64,000 nucleotides of DNA. Source: Candidatus Iainarchaeum sp. GTDB taxonomy: Archaea; Iainarchaeota; Iainarchaeia; Iainarchaeales; JAAZKV01. The translations under genes and the position numbers were made by a program. The notes beneath the pieces were generated by a model. The model was not told where the DNA came from. It was given only the letters and a program-made list of their open reading frames with translations, and searched no databases. Location: contig JAPLVR010000006.1 of assembly GCA_026397015.1 (NCBI GenBank), positions 32,001 to 96,000 of the forward strand. The letters are read 5' to 3'. Numbering within the stretch: the first letter of the stretch is position 1; every line of letters begins with the position of its first letter. Positions 35,935 through 45,456 of the stretch are shown here, in pieces.

Positions 35935-38619
35935 TTATATCAGACCTTCAAGTGCTGTTATTAACTGTTGTGCAGCCGTTCCAGTGTCTTCAGCGCTGTA
36001 ACCAGCAACTATTATGTCGCCGTTTTCAAGCACGTTTGCTACACTGTCGCCGTTAGCAATAAGCACATCGGCTAAAGACTGAGTGTCTATCATTACGCTG
36101 GCAGCAGCGGTGTTAACCACCTGTCCACCAACTATGATTGACTTAGCGCTTGCGCTCTCAGAATCTGTTTTTACCAATTTACCTAATGCCTTGTTGATTA
36201 CAACTGCAGTTCCCGCAGTTCCGCAGCTTCCGGCTATTGAATCAACCGTTATTGTAGTCCCAGCTGTTGTGGTCTTTGTTTCGCCTGCAGCTACTGCAGT
36301 GAAAGCTTCTCCGCCAACAGATGAAGTTGTTACGTCAGTTGATCCAGCATATGCTTCAACCTTTCTTGCCTGATTAGGCATGTTGATTGTAGCAACGCCT
36401 CCGCTTACAGAAACTTCTGTACCGTAGTTGTTTACACCGCTCAACAGCTTAGTTGAGGCTGCTGTAGTGTATTCGTTCAGGTTCCAATAACTGGTCCCTG
36501 TGATTCCGTACTCTACTTCGTTGTCGAACACAGAAGCTCTTGTCTTGTTGTCCGAAGAATCAACAAGCATGCTGTCTGATGTTTTTACAAAGAAGTTGAT
36601 GTCTGTAGTTGTTACACCCTCGCTTCCTTCATTCAAAGCAAAGTTTGCAACGTACTGGTATACATCTCCTTCGCTTGGAGATCTGAACATTCCACCACTT
36701 ACGTCGCTGGTGTCGCTAAGAGCATCGCCGTTGTAACTCTTTTCAACAGTTAAAACGTTGTACGTTGTTATGTCCGGCAAATAGTAGTTCAAATCTGTTG
36801 GAACTCCACCATACATGATGACTCCGTTTGACAGATTTTGATCCACTTCTGTTCCTCCGAACATTAACTCAGCACTTGCCGCAGTTTTTGTATCACCATC
36901 GTCGTCCATATCGAATCTCTGAGCAGCCAAGAACAACCAGTATTTGCTGTTTGTTTCGTCTGCACCAAGGTAGTAATTAACTTTCCCTGTTGTAGAGTTC
37001 TTCCAGTCGCCATCGATAGTGAAACCGATTGCTGCTTCAGCGTTTACATCCTTATCGGTGTATCCAACGTCTGCAGATCCTGATGGAGCTGCTGTTGACG
37101 TACCCCAAGGGTCCGTTGTAGAGCCTGAAGTTCTTGAAACAGTCCAGTACCTAGCGGCACCTGCAGTTCCAACAGTCAAGTTCTCTTTGTTTACATCGAT
37201 TACGAATGGCAAACCAGCGATAGTTATCTCGTTGGTTCCGCTGCCAAGCTCTATTACCAATGGAATAGTCCTCAAAATACCTTTACCGTCGGTTACTGTG
37301 AGGTTGCTTCCACCGATAGTGGCTTTAGCCATCGGTTTAGTCTGCAATCCTTTGTATGTGAACTTAGCGTAGTCTTTCATTGTTATTGACTCGCCTGCGC
37401 TCAATACCAACTTCTGTGTAGTTGAAGATGACTTTGCCTGATCGTATGACCAGTTGTTCTTTATTTGTATGTAAGTCACCTTTCCGCCAGCACCAGTAGT
37501 TGTTACATATGCTTTCCACTCAGGATTGGTCGTATCTGCCGAGTTGTATGGGAATACCTGGTTGTCTCTTATTTCCAACCTTGAGTTACCCATTCTTACT
37601 GTGGCAGTGTATGTGTTCTTTGACAGGTTCAATCCGGCTGCAGAAACGTATACGCTTGTAGTGAAGTAGCTCGTTCCGAACTCATCCTTCAAGTCTGTTC
37701 CCGCTGCTTTTTGAACATATTTCAAAACACTTCCCGTGTTGCCATCTTTCAATGCCCACTTAGCTTGGTAAGTTGTGCTTCCAGAACCTACCTGTACCAA
37801 GTCCATGAGTTCGATGGTCAAATCTTTGCCCGCGTAGCTTCCTACACCGGGAACTGTAACTGTTTGTCCAACAGTCAATTCAGTCGGGGTTGTATCCTTG
37901 AAGAATACCAAAGTCTTTCCAGTACTTGCTTCTTCATCAAGAACGTATGTTTCCCCCAAAATTGGGATTTTAACGTCAACTTCCGAGTTTGCATCCAGCT
38001 GTGTAGCGTTCATTGCCGGGAATCCGTCTCCAAGGCTAAGGCTGTATATGAAAGCGTCTTTAGAAACGCTTGCAACAGCTTGTCCCGGAGATTTTCCGTC
38101 AGCAGTGCTCTGCACACTTACGCCAGACGTAACTTGTACGTTGTCGTCGATGTTGATATAGTAGTCAGTTGATGACCATCTATATTTCGCACCTGTCTGA
38201 TTTACAAATTTTGTAGAGTCACTATAGTCTGCCTTGATCGGGTTGAATTCAACACCAGTTGATGCCAAATCCAAATAGTTCTCGTCAGTGTTACCTGACC
38301 CCGTGGTAGACTGTGTTCCGCCAACCGTGAAGTTGACAGCCTTATCTGCCGCTTCGCCGCCTGCGCAGCTACCAGCAGTTGTTGCCAATTGGGCAACTCT
38401 TGCAGCTATGTTTCCTGCCCACACTACGTCCGAAGCCGCAGCGTTTGCTCCAACTACAATATCTACCACCGGAGCACCGGTAGAGTCCACAATGTTAGCC
38501 TTTAGTATTGTGCTAACATTTGGTGTTATTGCAGCCGAAAATACAGGAGCCAGAGCTGATCCGACTAAAGCTGCACCTATACCGATAGCAGCCAGTCTCT
38601 TTATACTGAATCCTTTCAT
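35935..38619 (-). CDS. S-layer protein (Methanococcales/Thermococcales-like terminal domains)
   Basis: Signal MKGFSIKRLAAIGIGAALVG, IVVGANAAASDVVWAGNIA, C-term IIVGGQVVN..IIVAGYSAEDT..AA; GAGGTGA RBS before 38619. Confidence 0.88.
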   Translation of the reverse strand: MKGFSIKRLAAIGIGAALVGSALAPVFSAAITPNVSTILKANIVDSTGAPVVDIVVGANAAASDVVWAGNIAARVAQLATTAGSCAGGEAADKAVNFTVGGTQSTTGSGNTDENYLDLASTGVEFNPIKADYSDSTKFVNQTGAKYRWSSTDYYINIDDNVQVTSGVSVQSTADGKSPGQAVASVSKDAFIYSLSLGDGFPAMNATQLDANSEVDVKIPILGETYVLDEEASTGKTLVFFKDTTPTELTVGQTVTVPGVGSYAGKDLTIELMDLVQVGSGSTTYQAKWALKDGNTGSVLKYVQKAAGTDLKDEFGTSYFTTSVYVSAAGLNLSKNTYTATVRMGNSRLEIRDNQVFPYNSADTTNPEWKAYVTTTGAGGKVTYIQIKNNWSYDQAKSSSTTQKLVLSAGESITMKDYAKFTYKGLQTKPMAKATIGGSNLTVTDGKGILRTIPLVIELGSGTNEITIAGLPFVIDVNKENLTVGTAGAARYWTVSRTSGSTTDPWGTSTAAPSGSADVGYTDKDVNAEAAIGFTIDGDWKNSTTGKVNYYLGADETNSKYWLFLAAQRFDMDDDGDTKTAASAELMFGGTEVDQNLSNGVIMYGGVPTDLNYYLPDITTYNVLTVEKSYNGDALSDTSDVSGGMFRSPSEGDVYQYVANFALNEGSEGVTTTDINFFVKTSDSMLVDSSDNKTRASVFDNEVEYGITGTSYWNLNEYTTAASTKLLSGVNNYGTEVSVSGGVATINMPNQARKVEAYAGSTDVTTSSVGGEAFTAVAAGETKTTTAGTTITVDSIAGSCGTAGTAVVINKALGKLVKTDSESASAKSIIVGGQVVNTAAASVMIDTQSLADVLIANGDSVANVLENGDIIVAGYSAEDTGTAAQQLITALEGLI

Positions 38620-38664
38620 TTTTGCTTCACCTCTTTTATTAGAATACAAAGAATAGAACCCGCC

Positions 38665-38770
38665 TGCTGCCGCCCGCAAAGAACCAAAATCTTCTAGACT
38701 AAGACTTTGAGGCAGCAATTATTGGATTCGTACATAGAAGCATTCCTTCTGTTTATATATGTTTCTGTTT
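38665..38770 (-). promoter_or_regulatory. S-layer promoter (TATA box near 38752-38760) and structured ~110-nt 5' UTR
   Basis: Minus strand cagaaac-atatataaa; UTR stems tgctgcc/ggcagca, caaag/ctttg, tctt/aaga. Confidence 0.6.
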
Positions 38771-38954
38771 GGGAAAACCCTTGGGAAAGCTCCGTTTCGA
38801 AAACAGGGCAAAATTTACCCTTTTCGTTGAACCCTGCTTCGACAATCGCCAAAATAAACGATTGGTGCAAACGTCAAAAAATGAACTTTTTCCGGGAGAG
38901 AAACAATTCGCCATAATACCGCCAACCGGTTAATGCCTGTGAGGGGGTGGAAGC

Positions 38955-39590
38955 TTACTCATATATTTTTTTGTAGAACTTGTCAAGGTCTTCCTTGTTT
39001 AAGTGCTCCATGAAATACCTTGAATAGCTTTGGAATATTGCCGCTAAATCCATAAGCCCTTCCTGGAATTCATACTGGGAAAATGCTATCCTATCTGGTT
39101 TAAGCACCTCTATAGAACTTGCGCCATAATAGAAGAGCAGCCTTATTACCGAGGAAAAGTTCTTTACCGAGAGATTTACTTCTATAAAGGAAGAATACAT
39201 TTCACCATCTTTTGCTGTTTTTGCCCGCTCTATTGAATATACGGTGAACATTTTCTCTTTCTTTATCGCATCTATTACCTTGTCCATATGCTTCTTCAGA
39301 AGGGTTTTCTCAATCGCCTGAAAATCTATTATAACTCTCAGCCGTATCTTGAATGCATCGGCTTCCGCTATTTTCCTTCTTTTCAACACCTCGTCAATAA
39401 TTTCCTGTTTTAGGGAGTACTTTTTGCTTGCACCGTCTTTTGAAATAAGTTTGAGCCTCAACATCTGCGCCAGCACCTCGCCGAGCTTCTCCTTTGAAAA
39501 ACGGAGTTTCTTTTCAAGTTCTGCCTCCGCCAGGGACTCTCTCATCAGCAAATTTGCAACAACCTTTCGTTCTTCCTGCATAGCGCCCAT
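38955..39590 (-). CDS. Hypothetical protein: N-terminal winged-HTH plus conserved archaeal domain
   Basis: S.AELEKKL..L.QML..LI..Y.L (wHTH-like); SSFIEV..YGASSIEVLKP. Confidence 0.7.
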   Translation of the reverse strand: MGAMQEERKVVANLLMRESLAEAELEKKLRFSKEKLGEVLAQMLRLKLISKDGASKKYSLKQEIIDEVLKRRKIAEADAFKIRLRVIIDFQAIEKTLLKKHMDKVIDAIKKEKMFTVYSIERAKTAKDGEMYSSFIEVNLSVKNFSSVIRLLFYYGASSIEVLKPDRIAFSQYEFQEGLMDLAAIFQSYSRYFMEHLNKEDLDKFYKKIYE

Positions 39591-39744
39591 AAAAAATCCT
39601 TCAAATTAATTTGATTGAACCCATAATTCCGCGAACTCAATTACTTTCTCCTTGAAAATGTTTAAAAAACACTCAGAATGCCGCTAAAAAATAATCAACC
39701 AAAAAAGCAAGTATTTATTAAAACCTAATTCGCAAATATCTAAT

Positions 39745-40101
39745 ATGCAAATCAATTACATTGAAACCAACATGATCCCGTTTTTTCTCGGCTTCGCCGA
39801 AAGCATAAAGTGGCCCGATATTGGTGCAATAACACCGGGCGCCACACCGATGGGAAGCCCTTTCGCCGATCCGCTGATTCTTTTGGGGGCTGGAATTGTT
39901 CTCATAATCGCGACAATACTGGTTCTGCTTTTCATGAAAAAAATAATCGTCAATACTATCCTCGGATTAATTTTGTGGAGCGTCGTTAATTTCATTTTCA
40001 ACGCGAACTTGCCGTGGCTTCCGAGCCTGGTTGTTGCGGCAATTTTCGGCCCCGCGGGCGTCGGAGTAATGCTCCTGCTCAGATTCTTCGGCATTCTTTA
40101 A
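39745..40101 (+). CDS. Small membrane protein, BofA-like
   Basis: Three TM helices; KIIVNTILGLIL..N, FGPAGV. Confidence 0.65.
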   Translation: MQINYIETNMIPFFLGFAESIKWPDIGAITPGATPMGSPFADPLILLGAGIVLIIATILVLLFMKKIIVNTILGLILWSVVNFIFNANLPWLPSLVVAAIFGPAGVGVMLLLRFFGIL

Positions 40102-40126
40102 CGCAAAAACAAGGGGGTAAAATTTT

Positions 40127-40741
40127 ATGGAACTAAACGAAAGCGAAAAACTGAAGGAAGTAAGAGAAAATTTAATCGCGCACGCAAAGAAAAGCGCGCT
40201 CTACAAAAATGTTGAAGCCACAAACGGGCATATTGTTTTCGGAAGAGGGAGCGACGAAGCAAAAGTGCTTTTCATAGGGGAAGCCCCCGGTTTCAGCGAA
40301 AACAAAGAAGGAAAACCTTTTGTTGGGAGAAGCGGCAAACTCCTCGGCGGATGGGTAAAAGAGCTCTGCCTTAGCGAGGCAGATTATGCGGTGATGAATG
40401 TCGTGCCGATAATTCCGCTCACAAGCGAAGGGAAAATAAGGGCGCCGACAGAGGACGAAATCAATTACTTCCTCCCATTGACAAAAAAAATGATGGAAAA
40501 AATAGCACCGAAAATAATTGTTCCGCTCGGGAGAAGCGCCGGAAGCATCTTCAGCAAGTCGCTCGCCCTCGGCGAGGTTAAGCGCTACGACGGATACAAA
40601 TTATTTTTCATCTACCACCCGGCGTATTACCTGCGGAACGGCGCCGACGGCATAAATGATTTGCGGAACTTGAAAAAGCTTCTGAAGGAAATCGAAAACG
40701 AAGAGGGCTCAAAGAAACAACTCACTCTCGACAAATTTTAA
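40127..40741 (+). CDS. Uracil-DNA glycosylase, family 4-like, with C-terminal PIP box
   Basis: IGEAPG..E..G.PFVGRSG, LGR.A, YHPAY; ends QLTLDKF. Confidence 0.9.
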   Translation: MELNESEKLKEVRENLIAHAKKSALYKNVEATNGHIVFGRGSDEAKVLFIGEAPGFSENKEGKPFVGRSGKLLGGWVKELCLSEADYAVMNVVPIIPLTSEGKIRAPTEDEINYFLPLTKKMMEKIAPKIIVPLGRSAGSIFSKSLALGEVKRYDGYKLFFIYHPAYYLRNGADGINDLRNLKKLLKEIENEEGSKKQLTLDKF

Positions 40742-40808
40742 ATCTAAAAAAAGAAAAAATTATTTTAATTACTTTAGCCCGAACCATTTGCCTAATTGCC
40801 TAACTAAT

Positions 40809-41600
40809 TTACCTAACATAAGTAAGCCCGTTCGATGGCTTTTCTTCCTCGTGTATTTCCAGCTGTTTGTTGAGCTCGGTGAAGGCCTTTTCGATGTTCT
40901 TCGTTTCCTTTTCAATCGAGTGCATGTCAAGCCTGAAGCCGAACCTTCTTGACAGGACCTCAATGACACTTTTCGCGCTTCCGTGGTCGCCGTAAACGAG
41001 CTGTACATTCGTCTCGCCCATCAGGCACGCCCCTTCAATTGCGTGCAGCCTCCCTATCCCAACAATCAAACCGGCTGCGCCCGAAATCAATCCTTCTTTT
41101 TTGTCTTCCTTCGCGCCTGCCTTTTTCCAGAGCAGAAGAACCTTGTCATCCGTTGCCGCAACTATTACCTTCGGTTTGGCGCTAAGCCTTGCGCCGCCGA
41201 CATTTATTCCCGCAAGGGTTACAATCTCCTTAACGCCGATTGACTTAAAAAAATTCACTAATGTTTCGGCAAACTCATAATGTTCGTGGGAAGAGCCGAC
41301 TTTGAAATCCAGCGCCGGCTGCACAGGCCCGGCGAGAAAAAGAAAATCTTTTTTCTTGTGCTTAAAATGAAATAATTCGTTTTTTATGAGAAAAATTTTT
41401 GAATTTTTCGTGTGAATGCTCGGCGGAAAAGAATCTGAGAGAATTTCCGCAATCTTCTCGGTCTTAAACTGCTTCAGCAGGTAATCAACTGCTATTTTTC
41501 CAACCAACCCTATGCCGGGCAGGCCGACCAAAAGAACCGCATCCGAAAACGCCGTTTTTTTCAGAACAAGAATTCTTGTGGGCATAAACAAAACCGCCAT
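40809..41600 (-). CDS. PAC2-family proteasome assembly chaperone
   Basis: GLPGIGLVGKIA, ISGAAGL, ACLMGET, C-term TYVR. Confidence 0.9.
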   Translation of the reverse strand: MAVLFMPTRILVLKKTAFSDAVLLVGLPGIGLVGKIAVDYLLKQFKTEKIAEILSDSFPPSIHTKNSKIFLIKNELFHFKHKKKDFLFLAGPVQPALDFKVGSSHEHYEFAETLVNFFKSIGVKEIVTLAGINVGGARLSAKPKVIVAATDDKVLLLWKKAGAKEDKKEGLISGAAGLIVGIGRLHAIEGACLMGETNVQLVYGDHGSAKSVIEVLSRRFGFRLDMHSIEKETKNIEKAFTELNKQLEIHEEEKPSNGLTYVR

Positions 41601-41670
41601 AATGGCCGATTACAATTTAACGTGCAGGAAAAGAAATTTAAATGGGCGCATCGCTTTACCCGGCTGAAAA

Positions 41671-42438
41671 TCATTTCGCCTCTTCCTTCGCAAATTCAAA
41701 CGAAGCCCCAAGCTTTTTCGCTCTCTTTTCCAGCAAATCAATCGCGCCAGATAATTTTTTTTCAGCCTCTTTGAAAGCGGGCGCGGTACAGGAAATTGAA
41801 TACCTGCCTGCGCCGAGGTACGCAACATTGCATTTTTTTATCCCGTCAATTTCGGAAAAAATTTCTTTTATGTCCTTTAATCCGGTCGAAGAGAGGGAAC
41901 TCACCTTTGCAACCCCTTTCAGCTCCTTGTCGGCAACAACAATATTTTTCTCGACTATTTCTTTTACCGGGCCAATCCATTCCTTCGGAATTATGGCATC
42001 AACGTTTGCGCCGAGCGAAATTTTTTCAAACGCGGAATAAACATTCCCAAATTCATCTATTAGCGGAATAGCCACTTTTTCCCACACGTCATTAAAAGAT
42101 TTTTTGTGCTGCTTTGCAAGCTCTTCAAGCAGCTTCTCAACCCTTTTGAACTGCCTGTAATCGTTTATCTTCTGTCGCTCCTTGGATTGCGAAACCATTG
42201 CGAGCGACAAATCTACCTGCCCCCTTTCAGCATCAACATTAAGCACTTTTGCAACTCTCACCTGCCCAAGTTTCACGAAATTTCTTATGTTTTTTACCCA
42301 AGAAGAAGCAACATTGCTTACGTGAACAAATCCTCTCGCATTATTGTATTCAAGGAGCTCGACAAAGACTCCATAATTAAGCACCTTCGTTATTTTTGCA
42401 ACAACGAGCTCGTCCTTTTCAGGGTAATCCATTTTCAC
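41671..42438 (-). CDS. eif2a: Translation initiation factor 2 alpha
   Basis: YPEKDELVV, S1 domain WVKNIRNF, VDLSL, YLGAGRY. Confidence 0.95.
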   Translation of the reverse strand: MKMDYPEKDELVVAKITKVLNYGVFVELLEYNNARGFVHVSNVASSWVKNIRNFVKLGQVRVAKVLNVDAERGQVDLSLAMVSQSKERQKINDYRQFKRVEKLLEELAKQHKKSFNDVWEKVAIPLIDEFGNVYSAFEKISLGANVDAIIPKEWIGPVKEIVEKNIVVADKELKGVAKVSSLSSTGLKDIKEIFSEIDGIKKCNVAYLGAGRYSISCTAPAFKEAEKKLSGAIDLLEKRAKKLGASFEFAKEEAK

Positions 42439-42523
42439 ACCTTCAAAAAAATAAAAACAATTTTATTTCAAACCTAATTCCGACCAAATTTTATCAAACG
42501 CCGCTTTTCTCATTTCTCACAAA

Positions 42524-43060
42524 TCACTTTTCTTCGGCAAGTTTCCTCGCGAGGAAAAGCTGTGCAATCTTATTCGGCAATTCAACCGTTTCGTCCTTTG
42601 CAAACGGGCCGTATTCTTTCATGTCGGTGCCGATAAACGTCGGAACTTCCTTAAGCATTTTCAATTCAACCCTGCCGCTTTCTTTTCCCCTCTCTTCGCC
42701 GAAAAGCGATTCGCAGATCTTGTTGTGCTCTTCAAGCACTTTCAAAAGTTTCTTGAAGGTCTCTTTTTCTTGCGCCGCCATTTTTTCTTCGGAAAAGTCC
42801 TCAGTGCGCGAAACGATGAGCGCCTTGTTCAGGAGTTTCTTTTCACGGAGCAAAAAAATTTCTTCAACCACCTTTTTGAGATTTGAAAATTCACGCGCAT
42901 CCGTTGGGGAAAAATTTTTCAATGAAGCTATGTAATTTTTTTTCTCGCCCTCGACAAAATCTTCAACAGAATCAATGAAATCTGAATCAACCTCCACGAG
43001 GCGCGAGGTGTTCTTTTCCAGCCTGTGAATCCTTCTAAGCTCGTCGTAACTCATTTTCAT
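42524..43060 (-). CDS. GINS complex subunit (Gins15/51 type)
   Basis: REKKLL, FIGTDMKEYGPF..VELP..A..F; ATGA overlap with priS. Confidence 0.85.
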   Translation of the reverse strand: MKMSYDELRRIHRLEKNTSRLVEVDSDFIDSVEDFVEGEKKNYIASLKNFSPTDAREFSNLKKVVEEIFLLREKKLLNKALIVSRTEDFSEEKMAAQEKETFKKLLKVLEEHNKICESLFGEERGKESGRVELKMLKEVPTFIGTDMKEYGPFAKDETVELPNKIAQLFLARKLAEEK

Positions 43061-44298
43061 CTGAGAACAGCTCCCTTGCCAATCAAATAAATCGCGCAAA
43101 ATAAAGGCACTTCCGACTCTTCGTTTTCAAAAGGACCGAAAGACTGCCCACACAGTGAAAACCTTGGTGCCTTACTAATAAAAACCTTTACTAACCCGCT
43201 GCCGAAAAGATTCTCATCCGCAAAAACAACCGGGTCCGTGAAAGGGTCGAACTTTTTTAGTTCGCCGACTGGAATCCTTTTCGCGCAAAAACCCGTTTCG
43301 CCGTGAAGAGTTTCCGGAACGCGGATTATTTTGTGCAAATCAATGCTGGTTTGCCTGTCGATGGGAAGCATTTCCTCGCCCGCCACCATTTCAAGAATTT
43401 TTTTCCAAAACTCCTTGCTTTTCCTTCCCTCGGCCGGAAAAAGGATTCCGCGCCTCATGCCCGAAAGGACCTCCTGCTTTAAATCAAAAAATTTTTTCAT
43501 TTTCTTTATTGAAAAGCCGGTGAAGGCGGCAACCCTTTCAGGGTCTTTTTCAAATAAATTTTCGATGCCTTTGTTCAGTCTTTTTCTCCACGCGCCGTCT
43601 TCTCTCGGGCACGTTATCGGCGCGGAAGAAATCCCGTAGCCGAGCTTTTCAAAAAACATTCCAGAAGCCGTAAGATAATCCACCAGTTCTATCCGCGCGC
43701 CCCTCCCGAGATTTCTTATCTCTTTTCCTTGCAAGTGTATGTGATAGCCCGCCTTCCCCGAAAAATTCACTTCTATCCCTTCGGTGAAACCGAAATCATC
43801 CTTCAAAAAATCTATCAGGCGAAAAACATGGCGCTTTGCCTCTCCAAGGCATTCGCTGCAAAACCACTGGCTCACTTCGACTCCTTCTCCGCATTCGGGA
43901 CAATTTTCAATGGCACCCTTTCCAAAATGCCCTTTCGGGCATTTCCATGAATCGTGCTTCTCTTTGCAACTGGTTTGTATGTCGTCGGCATCAAATTCGT
44001 AAACTATATCGGCGCCCAAAAGTTCCTTGGCTTCCATCGGTTTTCTATTCGGATACCTGTAATAAGCGGTTGAGTATGAAAAAAAAAGCGGAACCTGCGC
44101 GAATAAAAAGTCATTCACAATCTTTTCAGACGAAAACGAAATGTTTCTGTCGGCAATTTTTCTTCCGAAAACGCCGTATCCGAATTCGCGCCTCTCCACT
44201 TCCGGCACAGAGCCGACAAAATTTTTTTTGTAATACTCCTGAAAGTGCCTTTTCAAAAAAGTTTCCTCTTTTTGAAAATTAATCTTTGAAAAAGTCAT
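43057..44298 (-). CDS. priS: DNA primase small (catalytic) subunit
   Basis: REFG, EFDADD, FSG..GYH, IDRQTSIDL..IIR.P..LHG.TG. Confidence 0.94.
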   Translation of the reverse strand: MTFSKINFQKEETFLKRHFQEYYKKNFVGSVPEVERREFGYGVFGRKIADRNISFSSEKIVNDFLFAQVPLFFSYSTAYYRYPNRKPMEAKELLGADIVYEFDADDIQTSCKEKHDSWKCPKGHFGKGAIENCPECGEGVEVSQWFCSECLGEAKRHVFRLIDFLKDDFGFTEGIEVNFSGKAGYHIHLQGKEIRNLGRGARIELVDYLTASGMFFEKLGYGISSAPITCPREDGAWRKRLNKGIENLFEKDPERVAAFTGFSIKKMKKFFDLKQEVLSGMRRGILFPAEGRKSKEFWKKILEMVAGEEMLPIDRQTSIDLHKIIRVPETLHGETGFCAKRIPVGELKKFDPFTDPVVFADENLFGSGLVKVFISKAPRFSLCGQSFGPFENEESEVPLFCAIYLIGKGAVLR

Positions 44299-45353
44299 TT
44301 GCCCCCGCTCCATGCTTTTGAAATTTCTTTCTCAGGTTTTGGGCTTTCTGCAATCCTTCTGGATTGCCTGAGTTTCCGCATGTAATACTGCAGCGGATGG
44401 TTCTCGCCGCATTCCTGCTCGCATCCTTTGACTTTCAACCCGTACTCTTTTATTTTTTTGCATCCCGGAGCGGAAAGCTTTTTTTCAAAAATTCTTAAAA
44501 TGTGATAGCGGGCAATGTGCGGTTTGTAATCCGGGCTCTTTGCAAACAAAGCAGTGAGCTCTTCCTGTGTAAAGCCGACTTTGTAGAGAAAAGAAGCAAC
44601 CGTGACGCGGGCAGCATAGGAAAGTTTTTTCCCGGCTGCCAGGTCGGAGTAAAGCGCCTTCATGCAAGGCGGGAAAAAGTTAGGATTAATCTTTCCGGAA
44701 ACCTTTAGGTCGAATTCTTTTCTTTCAATGGAGCCTATCTGCGTTTCGATGCTCCTTGCCATCTGTTTAAACTCTCTCGAAATATCTTCCCCTGCTATCG
44801 GAAGAGAATCGAAAACTTTTTTGTATGCGATTTCGGAAAGGAAGCGCGCAAAATCCATTCCGTTCAAAAAAACTTTTCCGCACAAAACGCTCTGATTCAC
44901 AAGTTTCAATTCCTCGTCATTAAAATTTATTTTTAAATATTCAAGAAGGGGCACTTCCACAAAAAATTCTTTTTTTTCCGCAAGCAAAAACTTCACACCC
45001 AGTTCTTCCGCAAGGTCGATTGAAAGTTTCCTTGGATTTTTCGCGGCGGAGAGGTGGGAAAAAGTGTTCCTTTCAATCATCATGGAAAACTTTTCCGCGA
45101 TGCGCGGCTGAGACATTGCGGAAACAAACATTTTTGCAACGGGAAAAGCAATTATTTCATGGCTCAGAATTTCTTCGGAAGGATTATTCATCTCAAGCAA
45201 ATATTGTTTTCCGGCTGCCGCCCTCGAAACCATCAGGGCTGCCTTCTTGACCGCCTCCGGAGGGGCGCTTTGAATCGAAATGTTTGACTTCTTCAAAATA
45301 GCCCTTGCTTTTTCCGTAAAGGGAAATTTTTGGGAGAAAGAAAGGTCATCCAT
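44295..45353 (-). CDS. priL: DNA primase large subunit
   Basis: KFPF, LVNQ.V..GKV, FPPCM, PGCKK, HPLQYY. Confidence 0.9.
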   Translation of the reverse strand: MDDLSFSQKFPFTEKARAILKKSNISIQSAPPEAVKKAALMVSRAAAGKQYLLEMNNPSEEILSHEIIAFPVAKMFVSAMSQPRIAEKFSMMIERNTFSHLSAAKNPRKLSIDLAEELGVKFLLAEKKEFFVEVPLLEYLKINFNDEELKLVNQSVLCGKVFLNGMDFARFLSEIAYKKVFDSLPIAGEDISREFKQMARSIETQIGSIERKEFDLKVSGKINPNFFPPCMKALYSDLAAGKKLSYAARVTVASFLYKVGFTQEELTALFAKSPDYKPHIARYHILRIFEKKLSAPGCKKIKEYGLKVKGCEQECGENHPLQYYMRKLRQSRRIAESPKPEKEISKAWSGGK

Positions 45354-45456
45354 AAAACTAAGCTTAGTGAGAAACCATTAAATAACTTCTATGCGCGCAA
45401 CACAAACAGACCGTTAAATCCAAAAAACATCTTAAAAATCACGGAATGCCGAAAAA

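Noticed and set aside
38620-38718. N-terminal extension of the S-layer ORF from TTG 38718
   Set aside because: Signal peptide and GAGGTGA RBS point to ATG 38619; the region folds as a UTR.
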